DNA of 59,564 nucleotides, filler included, from Bipalium vagum (lineage: Eukaryota), in NCBI GenBank assembly GCA_037834085.1. It is 3 parts of 3 records of this genome, joined end to end, with 100 filler letters (N's around TTAATTAATTAA, not from the genome) between each part and the next. Parts side by side here need not be neighbours in the genome. Positions count along the whole stretch, not along the records: positions 21,285 to 38,343 come from JBBMKC010080490.1; positions 38,444 to 59,564 come from JBBMKC010241842.1; 1 more part is not named here. One strand, 5' to 3'. Made by a program: the position numbers and the translations under genes. Within the stretch, counting starts at the first letter, position 1. The number at the start of each line of letters is the position of its first letter. Shown piece by piece: positions 36,719 through 50,315 of the stretch. The notes under the pieces were generated by a model. That model was given only the letters and a program-made list of their open reading frames with translations. It was not told the origin of the DNA and made no database searches.

Positions 36719-38343
36719 TCAGTTGGCAAGGAAACCATTGGCTTCTATTTATAGCTGACAATGACCGGAAACAAACAATGCTACTGGATCCATTACACGT
36801 TGAAAACTCAGCTGAACAGATAGAATTCCATGGCAAACTTAATCAAATGATCAACAAACTTAACAATATCCTTGACTTACCGGGATATATTGAACTGGCC
36901 ATGATCGAAGAGAGAACACATCCACTCCAAACCAATACATACGATTGTGGAGTATTTGTTTGCCAATATGCTAGAGACTATGTCTTCTCATGGGGCGAGA
37001 CCATCTTTAGGAATCCGGAAGTAATGGAAATCAGAAACATAATTTCTCTGGCACCACACAACAATCCCGACGTTTCCAAAATCAGAAATGATACTACGTG
37101 TACCCCACACAACAACATCGGTAGGGATTCTTCTTTATCTTTACTTCTTTTAGATCGACAGAATGCGCCGTTCCGAAACGCATTGTCCAATAATCATCAA
37201 AATTTTGATTGCATCCCACCTTCGACAAGGCGTCTGCCATTTTCTGATCTGAACATAGATTGTGGAAAGCTAAAACAATCAACTTTAAAATTTGATCTGA
37301 CCATCGCAAGGAATCTTCTGGCCAATATAGAAAAACAGATGATATACGGTCATTCTAGTCCTACCGAGGCCATTGATATGATCCAACAATTTCTCAAAAG
37401 AGACGATGAGCCACGCATCAAATCTCCACTTTCCACCTTTCGAAAGAATAATCGAATAGACTTTTCTATTAGAGACAGATTCAATTCAAATCCAAAGAAG
37501 GCCTACGACGAAATCACGGGAATTTCAAAACCAGAGAATTCTCCAAACAAGACCGAAATTGAACATCACTTTGGATCCAATGCCAGTAATTTTTCAATTA
37601 CAGATCATATGGTGAATTTGCCCAGATCAGAGGAAACAATGACATTGATCCCAATCACTGCAGAAGAAATTGACTTAGCTTTTAAGTCGGGCACAAACTC
37701 AGCCCCAGGATCCGATGCAATAGAGTATTCCCATTGGAAATTAATGGATCCAAAATTTGAATTTTTATCCTTTTTTTTCAACTTCATCATCAATACTGGA
37801 ACTATACCTGAGCAGTGGAGAACATTCAAAACACTGCTCATCATAAAACCGAACAAATTGGATCAGGCAATGGAACTTTCATCTTGGCGTCCTATAGCCA
37901 TTCTTGATACTTCCTACAGAATCTTTACGCGTGTCATAAACCATCGATTACTTGAATGGATCAAGACCGGAAATCTACTTTCGAGAGCACAAAAAGGTAT
38001 TTTACATTCTGATGGATGTAGTGAGCACAATACAATGATTATGAGCCTGACCGAACTTGTGAAGAGACAGAACTATAAAAAGACCAAGAAAAAATCAGAT
38101 TTACACTTCTGTTTCCTGGATTTAGCTGATGCGTTCGGATCAATTCCACACAAGCTTTTGTGGATTACTTTGAAATCGATGGGGCTACAAATTGAAACAA
38201 TTGAGCTGATTAAAAACTTGTACAAGAATAGCAGAACCATATACATGTGCAACCACATTTGTACGGATAATATAGAACTCAAAAAGCTGCTAGCCAATTA
38301 TCCCGAAATAGGCGAATATATACTTGAAAATTCACATGAAAAC
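36719..38343 (+). mobile_element. NeSL-clade non-LTR retrotransposon, copy 2: Ulp1 protease + N-terminal RT, cut by gap
   Basis: Open frame with Ulp1 triad GNHW / LLDPL / QTNTYDCG, RT domain 0 (NSAPGSDAIEY), WRPIAI, AQKG, FLDLADAFGSI. The frame leaves RT homology just before the expected GVKQG. Sequence 36050-36718 may be its degraded 5' part. Confidence 0.92.
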
Positions 38344-38443
38344 NNNNNNNNNNNNNNNNNNNNNNNNNNNNNNNNNNNNNNNNNNNNTTAATTAATTAAN
38401 NNNNNNNNNNNNNNNNNNNNNNNNNNNNNNNNNNNNNNNNNNN
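38344..38443. other. Assembly gap with artificial TTAATTAATTAA linker
   Basis: 44 N + 12-mer + 44 N. Confidence 0.97.
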
Positions 38444-38846
38444 TGAAAAGTGAATTGTTACTGCACTGTTGCAATGATAAAGATATGTGGCAACATCTGC
38501 AGAGAAAAGAGAAGAAGGACCCAGAGAAGATTGTAAGTGAAATGAAAAGATTTGACAAAGGAAGAGTAGTACAAGATGAATTGAATGTTGTCTCTTACAG
38601 AGACGCCTTAAAGGTGAACACCAATATAAGAAAGTCAGGACCGCCATACTTATTTATTTATTTTTATAAAAATTTTTTTCTATGAGAGAAGTCCATAAAT
38701 ATTTTATGATAAGAGAAGAAGATATTATTTCAATATTTATAGAAATATTTTAATAAATATGAAAATATATATATTGTCATGTGGTATTATCGAAAGCAGT
38801 GTTACGGTATTTATTGTCCATTTTACTACAGTAAATTATTTCATAG

Positions 38847-39162
38847 ATGGAGGCCATGAAAATTGTACGTACCGTTGGTCAGGCGTTCGATGTTTGCCAC
38901 AGAATAAATCAGAAATGTGAAGAAACGAAAAGCAATTCGGAATATAATCAAGCCATTGAGGATGATCTGGAAAATGACAGAAAAACTGAAAACTCTTCTT
39001 CCAAAGAAAAAAAGATATCCAGTTCCCAGTCTGCTCAACCGATCCGATCTGCGGATCTAATCAAAATTGACGATGAAGCTCAAAGTGATTCTCAATCCGA
39101 ATCTTTATCAACTTTAGATGATCTGATAATGCAAGGTTCAACAAAAAAAGATGGAAAAAGAA
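38847..39162 (+). CDS. NOS1AP: NOS1AP/CAPON-like PTB adaptor, internal exon (end of PTB domain)
   Basis: TTTCATAG acceptor. EAMKIVRTVGQAFDVCHRI matches the CAPON PTB C-terminal helix (QAMRIVRTVGQAFEVCHK). GTAATT donor at 39163, phase 1. Confidence 0.8.
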
Positions 39163-39734
39163 GTAATTTTTTCATTGCAGTAATGCGTAATGGTTTAAGT
39201 GATATTACATTTCATTCATTCCATCTTCATTTTCAACTCAATATTAGTCTCATATTTTAATGAAATCAGGCAAATATTATAGAATTATTGTTCCTATTTA
39301 TTTTTCAATTTACTAAATTGATAAAGTCATTACATTATCTCCATTATTTTCTCTCAAATTTAAATAATTGGATTAAGACTACTGAAAACCGTACATAATT
39401 TCAATATACGTAAAAATATTGAAATTATACAAAGAATTTACTATACACTTTGTTTCCTTCGGAGAAACGAGTATGTTAACATGTTTTCACTTTTTAATTG
39501 TAAATGAATAGAATTAGCTATTGGTTTTAATAATTTGTTTAAATGCACTAAATAATAATCAAATTTACTAATTTTAAAATACAATCGCTATTTAGTTTTC
39601 TATGGATAAAATGATTTAGACAGTTTTGAAAAAAATTGAGTTTTTTCAGTAGTTTATCAGATAGTAAAGAGATTATCATCTAACTCTATGGTCAGATAAA
39701 CAATTTTAAAATATTCGACAAGTGTAGGAATGTA

Positions 39735-40318
39735 TTAGATCTACAAATTGAAAAGGTGCCCATTTTTAATAAGATTACATATCAAAAGATTGATAACAGA
39801 AATATATGTTTCTACAACATATAACTAAAAATTATTCTGTGAAATAATCTCCATTATTGTCGATGCATTTTAACTTGTCCTGAAAAAAGTTAGTTATTTT
39901 GATTAAATGTAATTTGAGATAAATTTTTTTGAACTGAGAATCAGTCAGATGATGTTGAAGAGATCTTCATCCACAATGTTTTTTATATATTGTTTTTATA
40001 AAACGGCCAGACCATTTTTTGAGGATTTATATCTGACTAAACCTTCACTCAGAGCAGAAATATTAATATTTGTGGCCTCATAAGCCATTTTCTTTAATTT
40101 GAAGGGAAACAATATACAATGCCTTATATATACTTTTTGAGATGCCATTTGATTTATCACTATTTATAATGAATATTAAAACAACAAAGTCTTTGTATTG
40201 TTAAATTAATACCTTTAATAATTATCATTAATCTAATATTTACTTATTTAGCAAAAAGAACTAATTTAAGAGTTTTAGTCATTTAGTAAAAAGGCACGTT
40301 TTCAATTTGTAGAACTAA
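39735..40318 (-). mobile_element. Internally deleted mariner with both TIRs
   Basis: TA TSD. TIRs TTAG(A/T)TCTACAAATTGAAAA(G/C)GTGCC. Minus strand reads MASQKVYIRHCILFPFKLKKMAYEAT. Confidence 0.85.
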
Positions 40319-40793
40319 TACAATATAAATTTTTGATAGAGCAATAATAATACGTTTATTCCATTGTAGCAGAAGAAATCATTCTAATCATTTAGTCCGA
40401 CGAATCTTCAATACGGTAAGACATGAACCTAAGCATTTACTAGAATGTCATGAAAATATTTGAGTTTCTTTAGTCAGTAAATGTGAACTGAGTTTTGTGA
40501 AATAATATAGATATTTCCATGATTAAGAAGATTATGAGTTCAGACTAAAGTAGATTCGTGTTATTTGGAATTAATTATACATACAATACTTGAAGTTTAA
40601 AGGTTACTTTTATCAATTCAAAGTTTGATACATTAGTGTAATGTGGTTTAAATAAAACAATATAAATGATCTCTACTTCTTAGAAGATCTCTTTCATCTT
40701 AAGATACTGAAACCCTTTTTAAGTCTTAAAGCAATACTAAATCCTAATGAATTTCATCGGAATGATCTATCAACCGTTTATTGTTTTGTAAAT

Positions 40794-40880
40794 GTTAGTT
40801 GAAAATTAATCGGAGTTACCGGGATTCGAACTCGGGACCCATCACATACACCTGGACTTCTCTGACCGCTAAGCTACGGT
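40794..40880 (-). mobile_element. tRNA-derived SINE head or tRNA pseudogene (tRNA-Ala-like), copy 1
   Basis: Minus strand A box TAGCTTAGCGG and B box GAGTTCGAATCC, then CTCCGATTAATTTTCAACTAAC shared with copy 2. The cloverleaf is broken. Confidence 0.7.
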
Positions 40881-42097
40881 AAGAATAAACTGATTGACCA
40901 TATACATGATCTAATTCAGTTTATCTATTAGTATATTTTCCAAAAAAAAGCGGACCTCGTACCATGAAATAAGATATTTTACTTATTAAAAATAAACTAA
41001 AAAAACATAAAAGAATATATTACGGACAATTTATCATTTTACTTGACCAAACTATTTGAAATGAAATATTAACACAGTAAACGTTCTGGAATTTTATTTT
41101 TCATAAGAGGATTACTTAATATTAATACTTAAAAGAGAAACACAAGACTTAATAATGTGGAGCAAAAGTATAATATTTATGAATATTTAATTGCATTACA
41201 AATCAACATATTTATTACAGATGCAGAATTTTAAAGATGGGAATTTTTGACTAGACATCTTTAGATGTCAGAATATTTCAGAATATTATTATTATTATTA
41301 TTCCGTTGTATGATATTCATATTAAAATGAAAAATATTACAATATACACAAAATCTGAACAATAAATTATGAAAGTTGTTTTAATTATTGTTTATTGTTG
41401 TCAACATTTAACCTTTAGTTTTAATTGTGTCTAATTACCTTTCTTATTATCTTACAAAGGTTACAAAGACTTTTAAAGATTAATAGTCATAAAATGTTCG
41501 TCTTTTAATGTGTCAAAGAATGTTTAGAATTTTTAAATTCATAATTACGATTTTTGATTTTTTTAAATTTATTTTTATAATCAATTCTTCACAGTTGATA
41601 AGCCGATAAAACAGGGATACTGAATGACAAAATTTAAAATCAATTTTTTTAAAGGAAAGTTTTTATTAATATAAGTAAAGTAAATAAGATAGTGAAACAA
41701 AAAATGTATCTGATAATGTAATAAAATGAGAAATATTTTGGTTTGTCGGAAAGTAATGTCGCATTTTATACGAATAACCAATTGAATAATTTTTTAAAAA
41801 TCAGTATAATTATAAATTTCTTTGTTTATATAAATTAAGTAAATACCGCTTTAATTAAATTAAATATTCCATATTTATTCGTTTCATAATTTTTCTATTT
41901 TTCGAATCTATTGTGTCATTTAAAGAATGTGAGACACGGTATGTTTTTCTATTAAAAAGGAAACCGTACTGTTTTTGCAAACAAATTCGTATTTTGTTAT
42001 TTGTTTATTGATGAAACCTGGATTGACATACTACTACACTCCCAGTGTAGTCCAGATATTGTTCCATTATATTTTATCTGTTACAGTAGTTAAAATA

Positions 42098-43015
42098 TTA
42101 GGTTGTCCAGTATGAAATTGCGGATTTTCAATTTTTTTTAAAAGTCAAAGACAGCTTGTAAATAAATTTTATTAATTAAAATATTTCCCATCGCTTTTGA
42201 CACACTGTTGCCATCGGGATAATAAATTTTTAATTCTTTTTTGGTAAAACTCTGAACTTCTTAAATCGAAAAATTGAGCGACGTCCTTTTCGATGGCAGC
42301 ATAGTCCTGGAAAATTTTATTAGCTAAAAATGCATCCATATGCTTGAACAGGTGGTAATCTGTAGGTGATAGATCTGGGGAATAAGCTGGATGAGACAAA
42401 ACGTTGTACTGTAAGTCATGTAATTTTTGTAAGGTCACTTTAGAAACATGTGGTCTTGCATTATCCTGAAGAAAGATCGGCCCCTTTCGGTTTACAAGAC
42501 CTGGTTTTTTTAATCAGCTTTGTGTACATAGCCTCAATTTCTTGACAGTATGACTGTGCAGTAATCGTTTCACCTGATTTCAAGAAATTGTAATGTATTA
42601 AGCCATCTTCAGACCACCACACAGTTATCATAGTCTTCTTGGGGTCAAGGCTTGGTTTAGACATGGTTTTCGGCTTCACATCAGCATTTAACCATTGCGC
42701 TGATCGTCTACGATTGTTGTACACAATCCACTTTTCATCGCATGTTATAATACGAGACAAAAAGGGATCAATTTGGTTCCGATTTATTAATGACGAACAG
42801 ATTTGCAATCGATATTTTTTTTGATTTTTTGTTATATCATGGGGAATCCATGAATCAAGCTTCTTAACCTTACCAATCTCTTTTAGATGGTTGGAGATTG
42901 TTGATTTGGACACATTGAGAACTTGAGCATGTTCTCTCACATTTGTTCGAGTATTTTCTTCGACAACTGACTTCAATTGAGCTTCATTTAAGAGGGACTT
43001 GGTTCTTCCGGGGTC
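42098..43015 (-). mobile_element. Mariner (DD34D) element, 5'-truncated, one frameshift
   Basis: ORFs 42461-42976 and 42172-42438: WIPHDI, ITCDEKW, QDNARPH, HPAYSPDLSPTDYHLF. TIR TA|TTAGGTTGTCCAGTATGAAATTGCGG at 42098. Confidence 0.95.
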
Positions 43016-43079
43016 TTGGTTTTAGGGACTTTTTTGAATTAAAAATCATTTTGTGATGGAGGATATTGAAACTCCATTA

Positions 43080-43830
43080 AAGGGTAAACAAACAAAAATC
43101 GGGACACCTTCAAACTTCTATATCTTTAAAAATAATTTTAAAAAAGGAAATTTAAAATCATGGTAGATGGTGAATAGAAAATATGTCTAAGGAGTTAGAA
43201 GGAAGAAAATTAGTTTGATACGAATATACGTCAAATGAAGGATTGGCTACTTGGCAAGTTTTAAAAAAGATTATTCTGCCAAATTGCTCAATCGAAAGGT
43301 TCCAAAAAATTTCAATCAGCTCCTGACCATTGAAAGAAAACCTGGAAATGGTGGACAACACATGAAATGTTAAAGAGTTCTGAAATAATATTCAAAAAAT
43401 CCTAAGGTTCCATCTCAAACCGTTGCAAATCTGGATGAAATCACAGTTATTTGTACAAAAAGTTAGAAAAGTAATTTGGTTGGGAAGCTTCCAAGCGCAA
43501 GCAGCTTCAGATCATGACACCAAACAAAATATGACTGCGAAATCCCGACGCAAAACTTACAAAACATGATTGATTGATTATGGATGATGAAATGCATTTT
43601 TTAAAAGTTAAAATATACTGCTAGTCAAATTTTTATACATCTAGAACACGAAAGAATGCTCCGGGAAAATGCAAAAAGACGGTAAAAACAAAATTTACAC
43701 AAAAATTTATAGTTATCTTCATGTGATCTAAAAACTGAACCTTAAGTGAAAACTGGAATAAATAGCCAAATATATGAATGACTGTTTGCTAGACAGACTA
43801 TTACTTTTTACAAGAAAACATCAACTGAAA
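43080..43830 (+). mobile_element. DD37E (ITmD37E-like) transposase remnant
   Basis: TIERKPGNG, LIMDDEM, FYTSRTRK...KTKFTQKFIV, INSQIY...CLLDRLLLF. Confidence 0.65.
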
Positions 43831-43834
43831 CCAT

Positions 43835-44246
43835 TGTTTTGGCCAGAGTTCCTCATCAAAAGCACCTTGAAAGTTACTTTTGTCTAAAACAGTAGGTCGT
43901 CCAGAACGACGGTTGTCATACAAGTCAAAATTGTCTTCATTGAAACGATTGAACCACTTGCTCGCGTCAGTTTTGTCGATTGCCTTTTCGCTTTCAATTT
44001 TATTCATTTTGTCCGTAGCATCTCTTATTGTCAATCCTTTCTTTCAATAGTGACGTAGCAACATCCGAATCTTGAACTTTGTAATCTTTTAACCAGTATA
44101 AGACATTTTCCAACAAAAATAATTTCTAAAATCAAAATATATTGATTATTAGGTTCATTATTTTTGACAACAAAAATAAATTCTAAGATAGAAATAAATT
44201 AAAAAAATAATGTAAAGTTTTACTGCGAACTTTATTTACAACCTAA
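43835..44246 (-). mobile_element. Mariner 5' fragment
   Basis: TIR TA|TTAGGTTGTAAATAAAGTTCGC; IRMLLRHY*KKG...KWFNRFNEDNFDLYDNRRSGRP. Confidence 0.85.
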
Positions 44247-45829
44247 TAATGTTGTTCTATCAACATATTTTTGAATAGTTATTTATAGTTAATAAATATT
44301 ATTAATAAACCATAGACTAAAATTTATTTATTTAATATTAACTTATTTTTCAATATGCTTATGAAACCTTTCCTGACACCGAAAAGTTACTGAAGAAAAA
44401 GAATTCTGAATCTTAAAAAAATATAACAAAAATAAAGCCTTTAATAATATTATCGTATTCTTTTCAGAAACAATCATTAATAAATTAAAAAAAAACTATT
44501 ATCATTTTAAAAAAATTAATAATAATAAATTAACTTTATAAAAATTTAAACAAATGTACTTGTAAATTTAGCGTGCACGAGATCAGCTAAATAACAAATT
44601 AAGATTTATTTTCCGCATTAAAACAAAAGTCTTTAATCACAGAAATAACAAAATGCTATATAAATATTTATTTTCACAATATAGTTTTTTGGTTGATACC
44701 GGGCTTTTGGCTTATTCTCAGGAAAAGAGATATTTTTAATAACAGACACTTTAGACACGAGGCTTGAATATTTTCATATTATCCACATGGTGGAAAAGGA
44801 AATTTTCCTATTTCCTTAGACAATGTCATATCTTAGTTAATTAGGATATTACTCATTTGGATTCTTTAATCTTGATTATCCTCAGTAATGGTTAGGGAAT
44901 AAATTATAATTTCCTTTGATTCATAGCTTAGTGAGATATCTCAGAATTTTCCATTTTCCCCAATATTGCTTTTGTCGAAGTCCAAAGATACAATATATTT
45001 GTTCAGAGAAAATTTAATAAATTTAATAAACAATAAAAATAATAATCAATAATTAATAATAAAAAATTAATAAATTCATGAAAAATGGAACCATTCTAGT
45101 TAATTGGCTCAATCATGGTCGGTAATTGGGAAAAGAACAAAAATAAAATAAAATTCATTGTGTCTTTGCTGAAATATTTATTAATTCTTTTGTTCTTGAA
45201 TAATTTATGTGTTTCGGAATTGAAGGATAAAATAGAAGATTGTCAATTTGTATTGATTCTATTTTATTTCTATAAATAAATAAATAAATATCTCCATACA
45301 CTTTGTATCTGCACTCTTGCCATTTTTTTATTGTTTTTTATTATTAAACATTAATTTTAAATAATTATTTTAAAAATTGTATCACATAAATTAATTAAAA
45401 TTAATTATTTTTCATTGTATAAAGAAGTTGTTAATTATTTATTGTAAAAAAATTCTGGTTACGTCGATGTAAAGAGAAGACTTTAATTTATTATTTATAT
45501 TATTAAAATAAAATAATATTTGTAGTCATTAATTAAAATATGATTAATGAAAAATAATGTCTTATATCTGTACAAAAGTTTATAAAATCAATCAATATAA
45601 TCACAAAGAATATATTTGGACATTTTTATTGAATATTAATATTTTAATAAACAAAATACAATATTATGGATTTTAGAAAATAAATAAAAATTCATAAAAC
45701 ATTTGGTTAGAAAATACTGCTGTTCTTAACCTACAACTTTGAACTGAAAAAATATTATGAGCAGAGAGAACTTATTAATTGAAATATCATCCATCGTAGT
45801 CAACATTTGATTTGAGTTGATATATTTAC

Positions 45830-46200
45830 TATATTCTGGTCAATCGAAAGTCGGCACTTGATAACCCCTACAACATGATAACACCCCCGCACACAGTGCC
45901 AAAACGACCCAGAAAAATATTTCGGATCTTGTGAGAATGGAAGTGATACACCGTTCTTCTTACAGACAGACGTTGTTCCATCTGACTTCCACCTTTTCCG
46001 TTCTTTGGTTCACTACCCCTGCGGGCGGTTATTCGTTTCAGTGGAGCATGTCAAGCATGGGTGTCATGAGTTCTTCAAGTCTAAATCAACTTAGTGATTC
46101 CGTTGCAAAATGGTTCAATGACAGAAAGATGGACGAAAGTTAGCTTTATTGCAGTCCGATCATTGATTTGAACACAAGAAATTGTATTATGATATCAATT
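45830..46200 (+). mobile_element. Mariner 3' fragment
   Basis: LQHDNTPAHSAKTTQK...DVVPSDF...LFRSL. Confidence 0.8.
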
Positions 46201-46444
46201 TTTATAAAGTAGAAAGCCTTATGTTCTACAAAAGAGCGTACAAAATTTTCAAGGTTCCTCACTTTGTCCAGCTGTTTCACATGTTCCAGGATTTTTGACT
46301 TCTTAGCAAATATCCAAACTGTTGTACCATTATATCTTAAAAACTACTTTTGTTTATAATTATTTATTGTAGATGAACCTGTATGACATTCCAAACCCTA
46401 AGGATTAAAACTCCGTCTGTAAATAATTAAGTTCACCATTTTAA

Positions 46445-46680
46445 GTGTGCCTATTTAAAGATCCTTGGCAAAAAAGTCACAACTTTCAAAGCGTCTGAGC
46501 CAAAATGCGCACACGTAGTACGACACGACATCTTTGCATAGAGAAGAACAAATATATTTACATGCTTTTTCTTTGCTGAAATTTGTAAAGAAAATTGTGG
46601 TGAAGATATACATTTTCAATATAACAACATTTTTTATATATATTATAAGTATCTTGTCTGTTCCCATAATAAACACCGCT
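46445..46680 (-). mobile_element. Mariner N-terminal fragment
   Basis: ACKYICSSLCKDVVSYYVCAFWLRRFESCDF resembles the first HTH of mariner transposases. Confidence 0.6.
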
Positions 46681-47660
46681 GGACAGAATTTTTTGGACTT
46701 ATCTCATTGATCTTCTTGAAAACGTGATGCCATATTAATAATTGATTGAAATATTAAAACAATTGTATTAGTTATATAAAACAATAACAAATTTTGATTA
46801 TTAATTTGTCCAGCTACTAGATCATAAGTTGGCCATTGCAATCTAATCTAGAATGAACTGATAAATAAACATCGAGAATGAACAATTAATATTAAAACAA
46901 TCACGACTAAAATTTGATTTTATTTGACAGTTTTTTGACCAGTTATGCAATCCTTGGATCAAAAAATACATTTTTTAAACATTGGAATTAATAAGTTAAA
47001 GGGAAGGCTGAAACAAGAGCACGGAACATATGAATTATTTAAAAGAATTTATGTGGTTGGATAACAAAAAAGAAGAAGCTTTACGTATATAATAAGAATT
47101 TTTTTAATTTTTAAAATTGAAATTTTTTACTATTTGTTTAATATTTTAAAAAAATGCATTGAATCTTTTATGGATCATAAAAAATAATATCCAAACTTCT
47201 CAATATTAAAGGTACTATTAAAACTTGATTTGTTTAAATTTAAAGTAATAAATATTATTTTTCATCACAGTAAAACAATTTGTTGAATAGTTTAATTTGC
47301 TTGTCGATAAAAATCAAAGAACGGAAATAATAAAAAAATAATTATTTTATATTTTAAACAAATAAAAAAGAAATAAATGAGAAAAATAAATAGAAGGGTT
47401 TTCAAAGAAAGAATTTTCGTTTAATATATTACTTTGGAAAATGAATGTATGAATATCTGTGGATATTTGTAAAGTAATATGAATAATTTATGAAATACGA
47501 TATAAATATAAAATTTCATTAAATATTCATATCTCATATTACACGATCATCTTCATCCATAAAATCTAAACTGAGAGTGGGACTTACAAAAAATGCTAAG
47601 TGATAAAATAATTTTTATGATAATTACTCTGATATAGTTGACATATAATAGTTGATATAG

Positions 47661-47693
<33 letters not shown>

Positions 47694-49162
47694 TAATTAA
47701 TTTAATAAATCGATTAATTAATTAATTAATTAATAAGAATATTTAAATTATTTATTAACCAAACGATTCAGTTAACCTTATGTGCATTTTCATGAAATAA
47801 TTTCTTTAAATTAATTTTAAATTAAAAAAAATTATAAATATTTTTGTTTTTATTTACATTTAAATATATTTATTTTGCACAATCCATTAAAACAATTTTT
47901 CTGATTACCTTTTACTTAAATATATTAAAAGAAAACTTTTCCTAAGTAATATTAAACAAAATCTATCTTTTCATATATAAGACTAATCTCTCTAATTATC
48001 TAAAATTATCCAAGCAGTTTAATTAAGTTGCTAAATATTGCTATGAATGAGGGGTTCGTTAATTATGTATATTTCAATACGAAAATGATACATAATGATG
48101 AATGTTGGTCAAATTAAGCAGACTCTTCTTAAAGTAAAGGAATGATTAAAAACTGAAATTCTTCTTAATATGTTTTGAAAATTAGCATTTCTTTCTCATA
48201 TTGCTGTACAATAAAGAGAAGAACTGTATGATCAATCTAAAGGAAATGTTTTGAAGGTTTGTCAGTTGAGAGCATTATTTACGAAAATATCAGGAAGATT
48301 TTAACGGATCATTTTCCTTGGGTGTTCAGCTCGAAAAGCTTAGGCATTCCCAAAAATTTATGTTTACCACAAGTAAGGTCATAAGAATATTTTATGTCAG
48401 AAATGCCTGTATTTCGACGCTTTTGTGAGGGTACGTAAATAAGAGAAATTAAACTAAACGACGAAATCGAAATATATTTCCTTTTTAATTTTCAATTGTC
48501 TCCGAAGGAAATGAAATTAAGAAATGTTCTAATTTTTTAAATGCATTTTTGATCAAATTTTTAACCCCTCAATTTTTCCATTTTATTTCTGAATGAGTTT
48601 TATTTTTATAATTTTGAGAAAAAAATCACTTTATTTATCAAAAAGATTTTATTAGCACTATGTAATTTTGTTATAAGTTGGTACTCACAAATTGTCAATA
48701 AGTTGGCAACAGACTTAGTGAGAACCGTATCATTGATCCTTGTAACCTATGATAAAAATAGCATTAAATAAATATTTATATTGATCTGAGATCAGGTCAC
48801 AGTTTTTATTGAAATTCATCAAAATGTTTTGTTTTAATAAAACATGAAATAATTTTAAGAAAATGAAAAAGAGTGCATTTTCAGTAACATTGAAAAAAAG
48901 TTATAATAATAATTTTGAGAACTCAGTTTGAAATTTTTTTATTTGAACTTACACTTTTATCTTATTTGTTGATCATATTATCTGTTTATTATTAAATTAT
49001 TATATTATTAAATTATTTACTATTATTCTACTTTATGTTTAAAACAAATAAACAGACTAGCAAACACTTAAACTACTATTCAAAAAAATATCGAAATAAG
49101 GTTCATTAAACTGAAAAAAATGAATGTTTATAAACTTTGAGAACTCGTAAAATATGAACATA

Positions 49163-50315
49163 CAGGGTAAATCATATACCAAAAAGAAAAGTTAATATAT
49201 CTGATGATTTTAATGCAAATTTAACAAACTTTGTTTTAAATATAAGTATAATATTCATATTTTAAATTTTATCTGAAATCAATAATATGCCGGTTAATTT
49301 GAATACTAAAATTCGATTTGTAATCATAATGTTAATTCGTGAATTGAAACGACATGGAGCAACGAATAACCCAGAAAGACATTCCATTACGTCATAATAT
49401 CATAAATTCTTCAAAAGCGGCGCAGTTGAAGACATTGTTCGTCTTCTAACCTTTCAAAATAACAGAAAAAAAATTAAATACATAAAGAAAATTTTGTATA
49501 ATGAACCTTCAATTAATATTCGGGTTGTTATATGAAAGAAAAATTTATCCAAATATCAAGAACATTGAATTATACAAGAAATCATAAATTATAAACCATA
49601 TATGATGCATAGGGTGCAACATTTATATGAGGAAGATGTGGAATTAAATGTGGAAATGTCAGAAAAGCTGATACCGATTCTTGAAGATCAGATAATCAAT
49701 GGCAATATTTTTTCTGATGATTAAACTCTTCAAATTTCCGGTTTTGTGAATTAGCATAAATGCCAGTGTTGGGCGCCAACTAATCCTTACACACTGTCGA
49801 AGTTGCTCATTTTATTTTAAGATGTTAAAGGATTTCTTTTATTCTATTAACCAACGAAAGACATTTTAATAAGATCATCTTGCAACAAGAATGAGCTCCA
49901 GCACATTTTTGCAAAAATGTTCGCGTATGGTTACATGAAAAATTGAAAGGACGGTGGATTGGCAGATGCGGTCCAATTCTTGGGTACCACATTCTCCAGA
50001 TTTGATTCCACTGAACTCCAGATACACTAAGACAAACATTTACAAATCAAAGGTCCATGAAATTGCTGATCTGAAGATTGAACAAGAAATAAAGTCCATA
50101 AAAAAAGAAACTCTATAAACAGTTTTTGATGGTATTGTAAAAAGACTAAAATTTTTAGTGTTAGTGGTGACACTTAAGGACAGTATATTTAAAAACTTTT
50201 TGTATGAAATAAAACTTTGGAATGTTATCTCTTTTTTAAAAAGTTTATTTATTTAGGTTAAAAATAAGATACATATTACCTTTTCTTCTAGGTACATGAT
50301 TTACCGGACACCCTG
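49163..50315 (+). mobile_element. DD41D-like transposon, decayed, both TIRs present
   Basis: TA|CAGGGT...ACCCTG|TA with matching subterminal AAATCAT(A/G)TACC. IFFSD, CWAPTNP, LQQE*APAHF...VRVWLHEKLKGRWIGRCGP...PHSPDLIPL. Confidence 0.85.

Noticed and set aside
38444-38685. ORF beside the second gap (SYRDALK)
   Set aside because: Possibly a gag fragment, but too short and motif-poor to assign; it does not resemble the missing PTB exons.
40811-40880. Functional tRNA gene (also 54478-54548)
   Set aside because: Acceptor and anticodon stems do not pair properly; treated as SINE heads or pseudogenes.
44570-44595. CGTGCACG palindrome as a Helitron 3' end
   Set aside because: The CTAG terminus is not intact and no 5' end or second copy is visible.
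48383-48405. RIFYV peptide as a missing CAPON PTB exon
   Set aside because: It lies downstream of the PTB-ending exon, has no splice sites, and the match does not extend.
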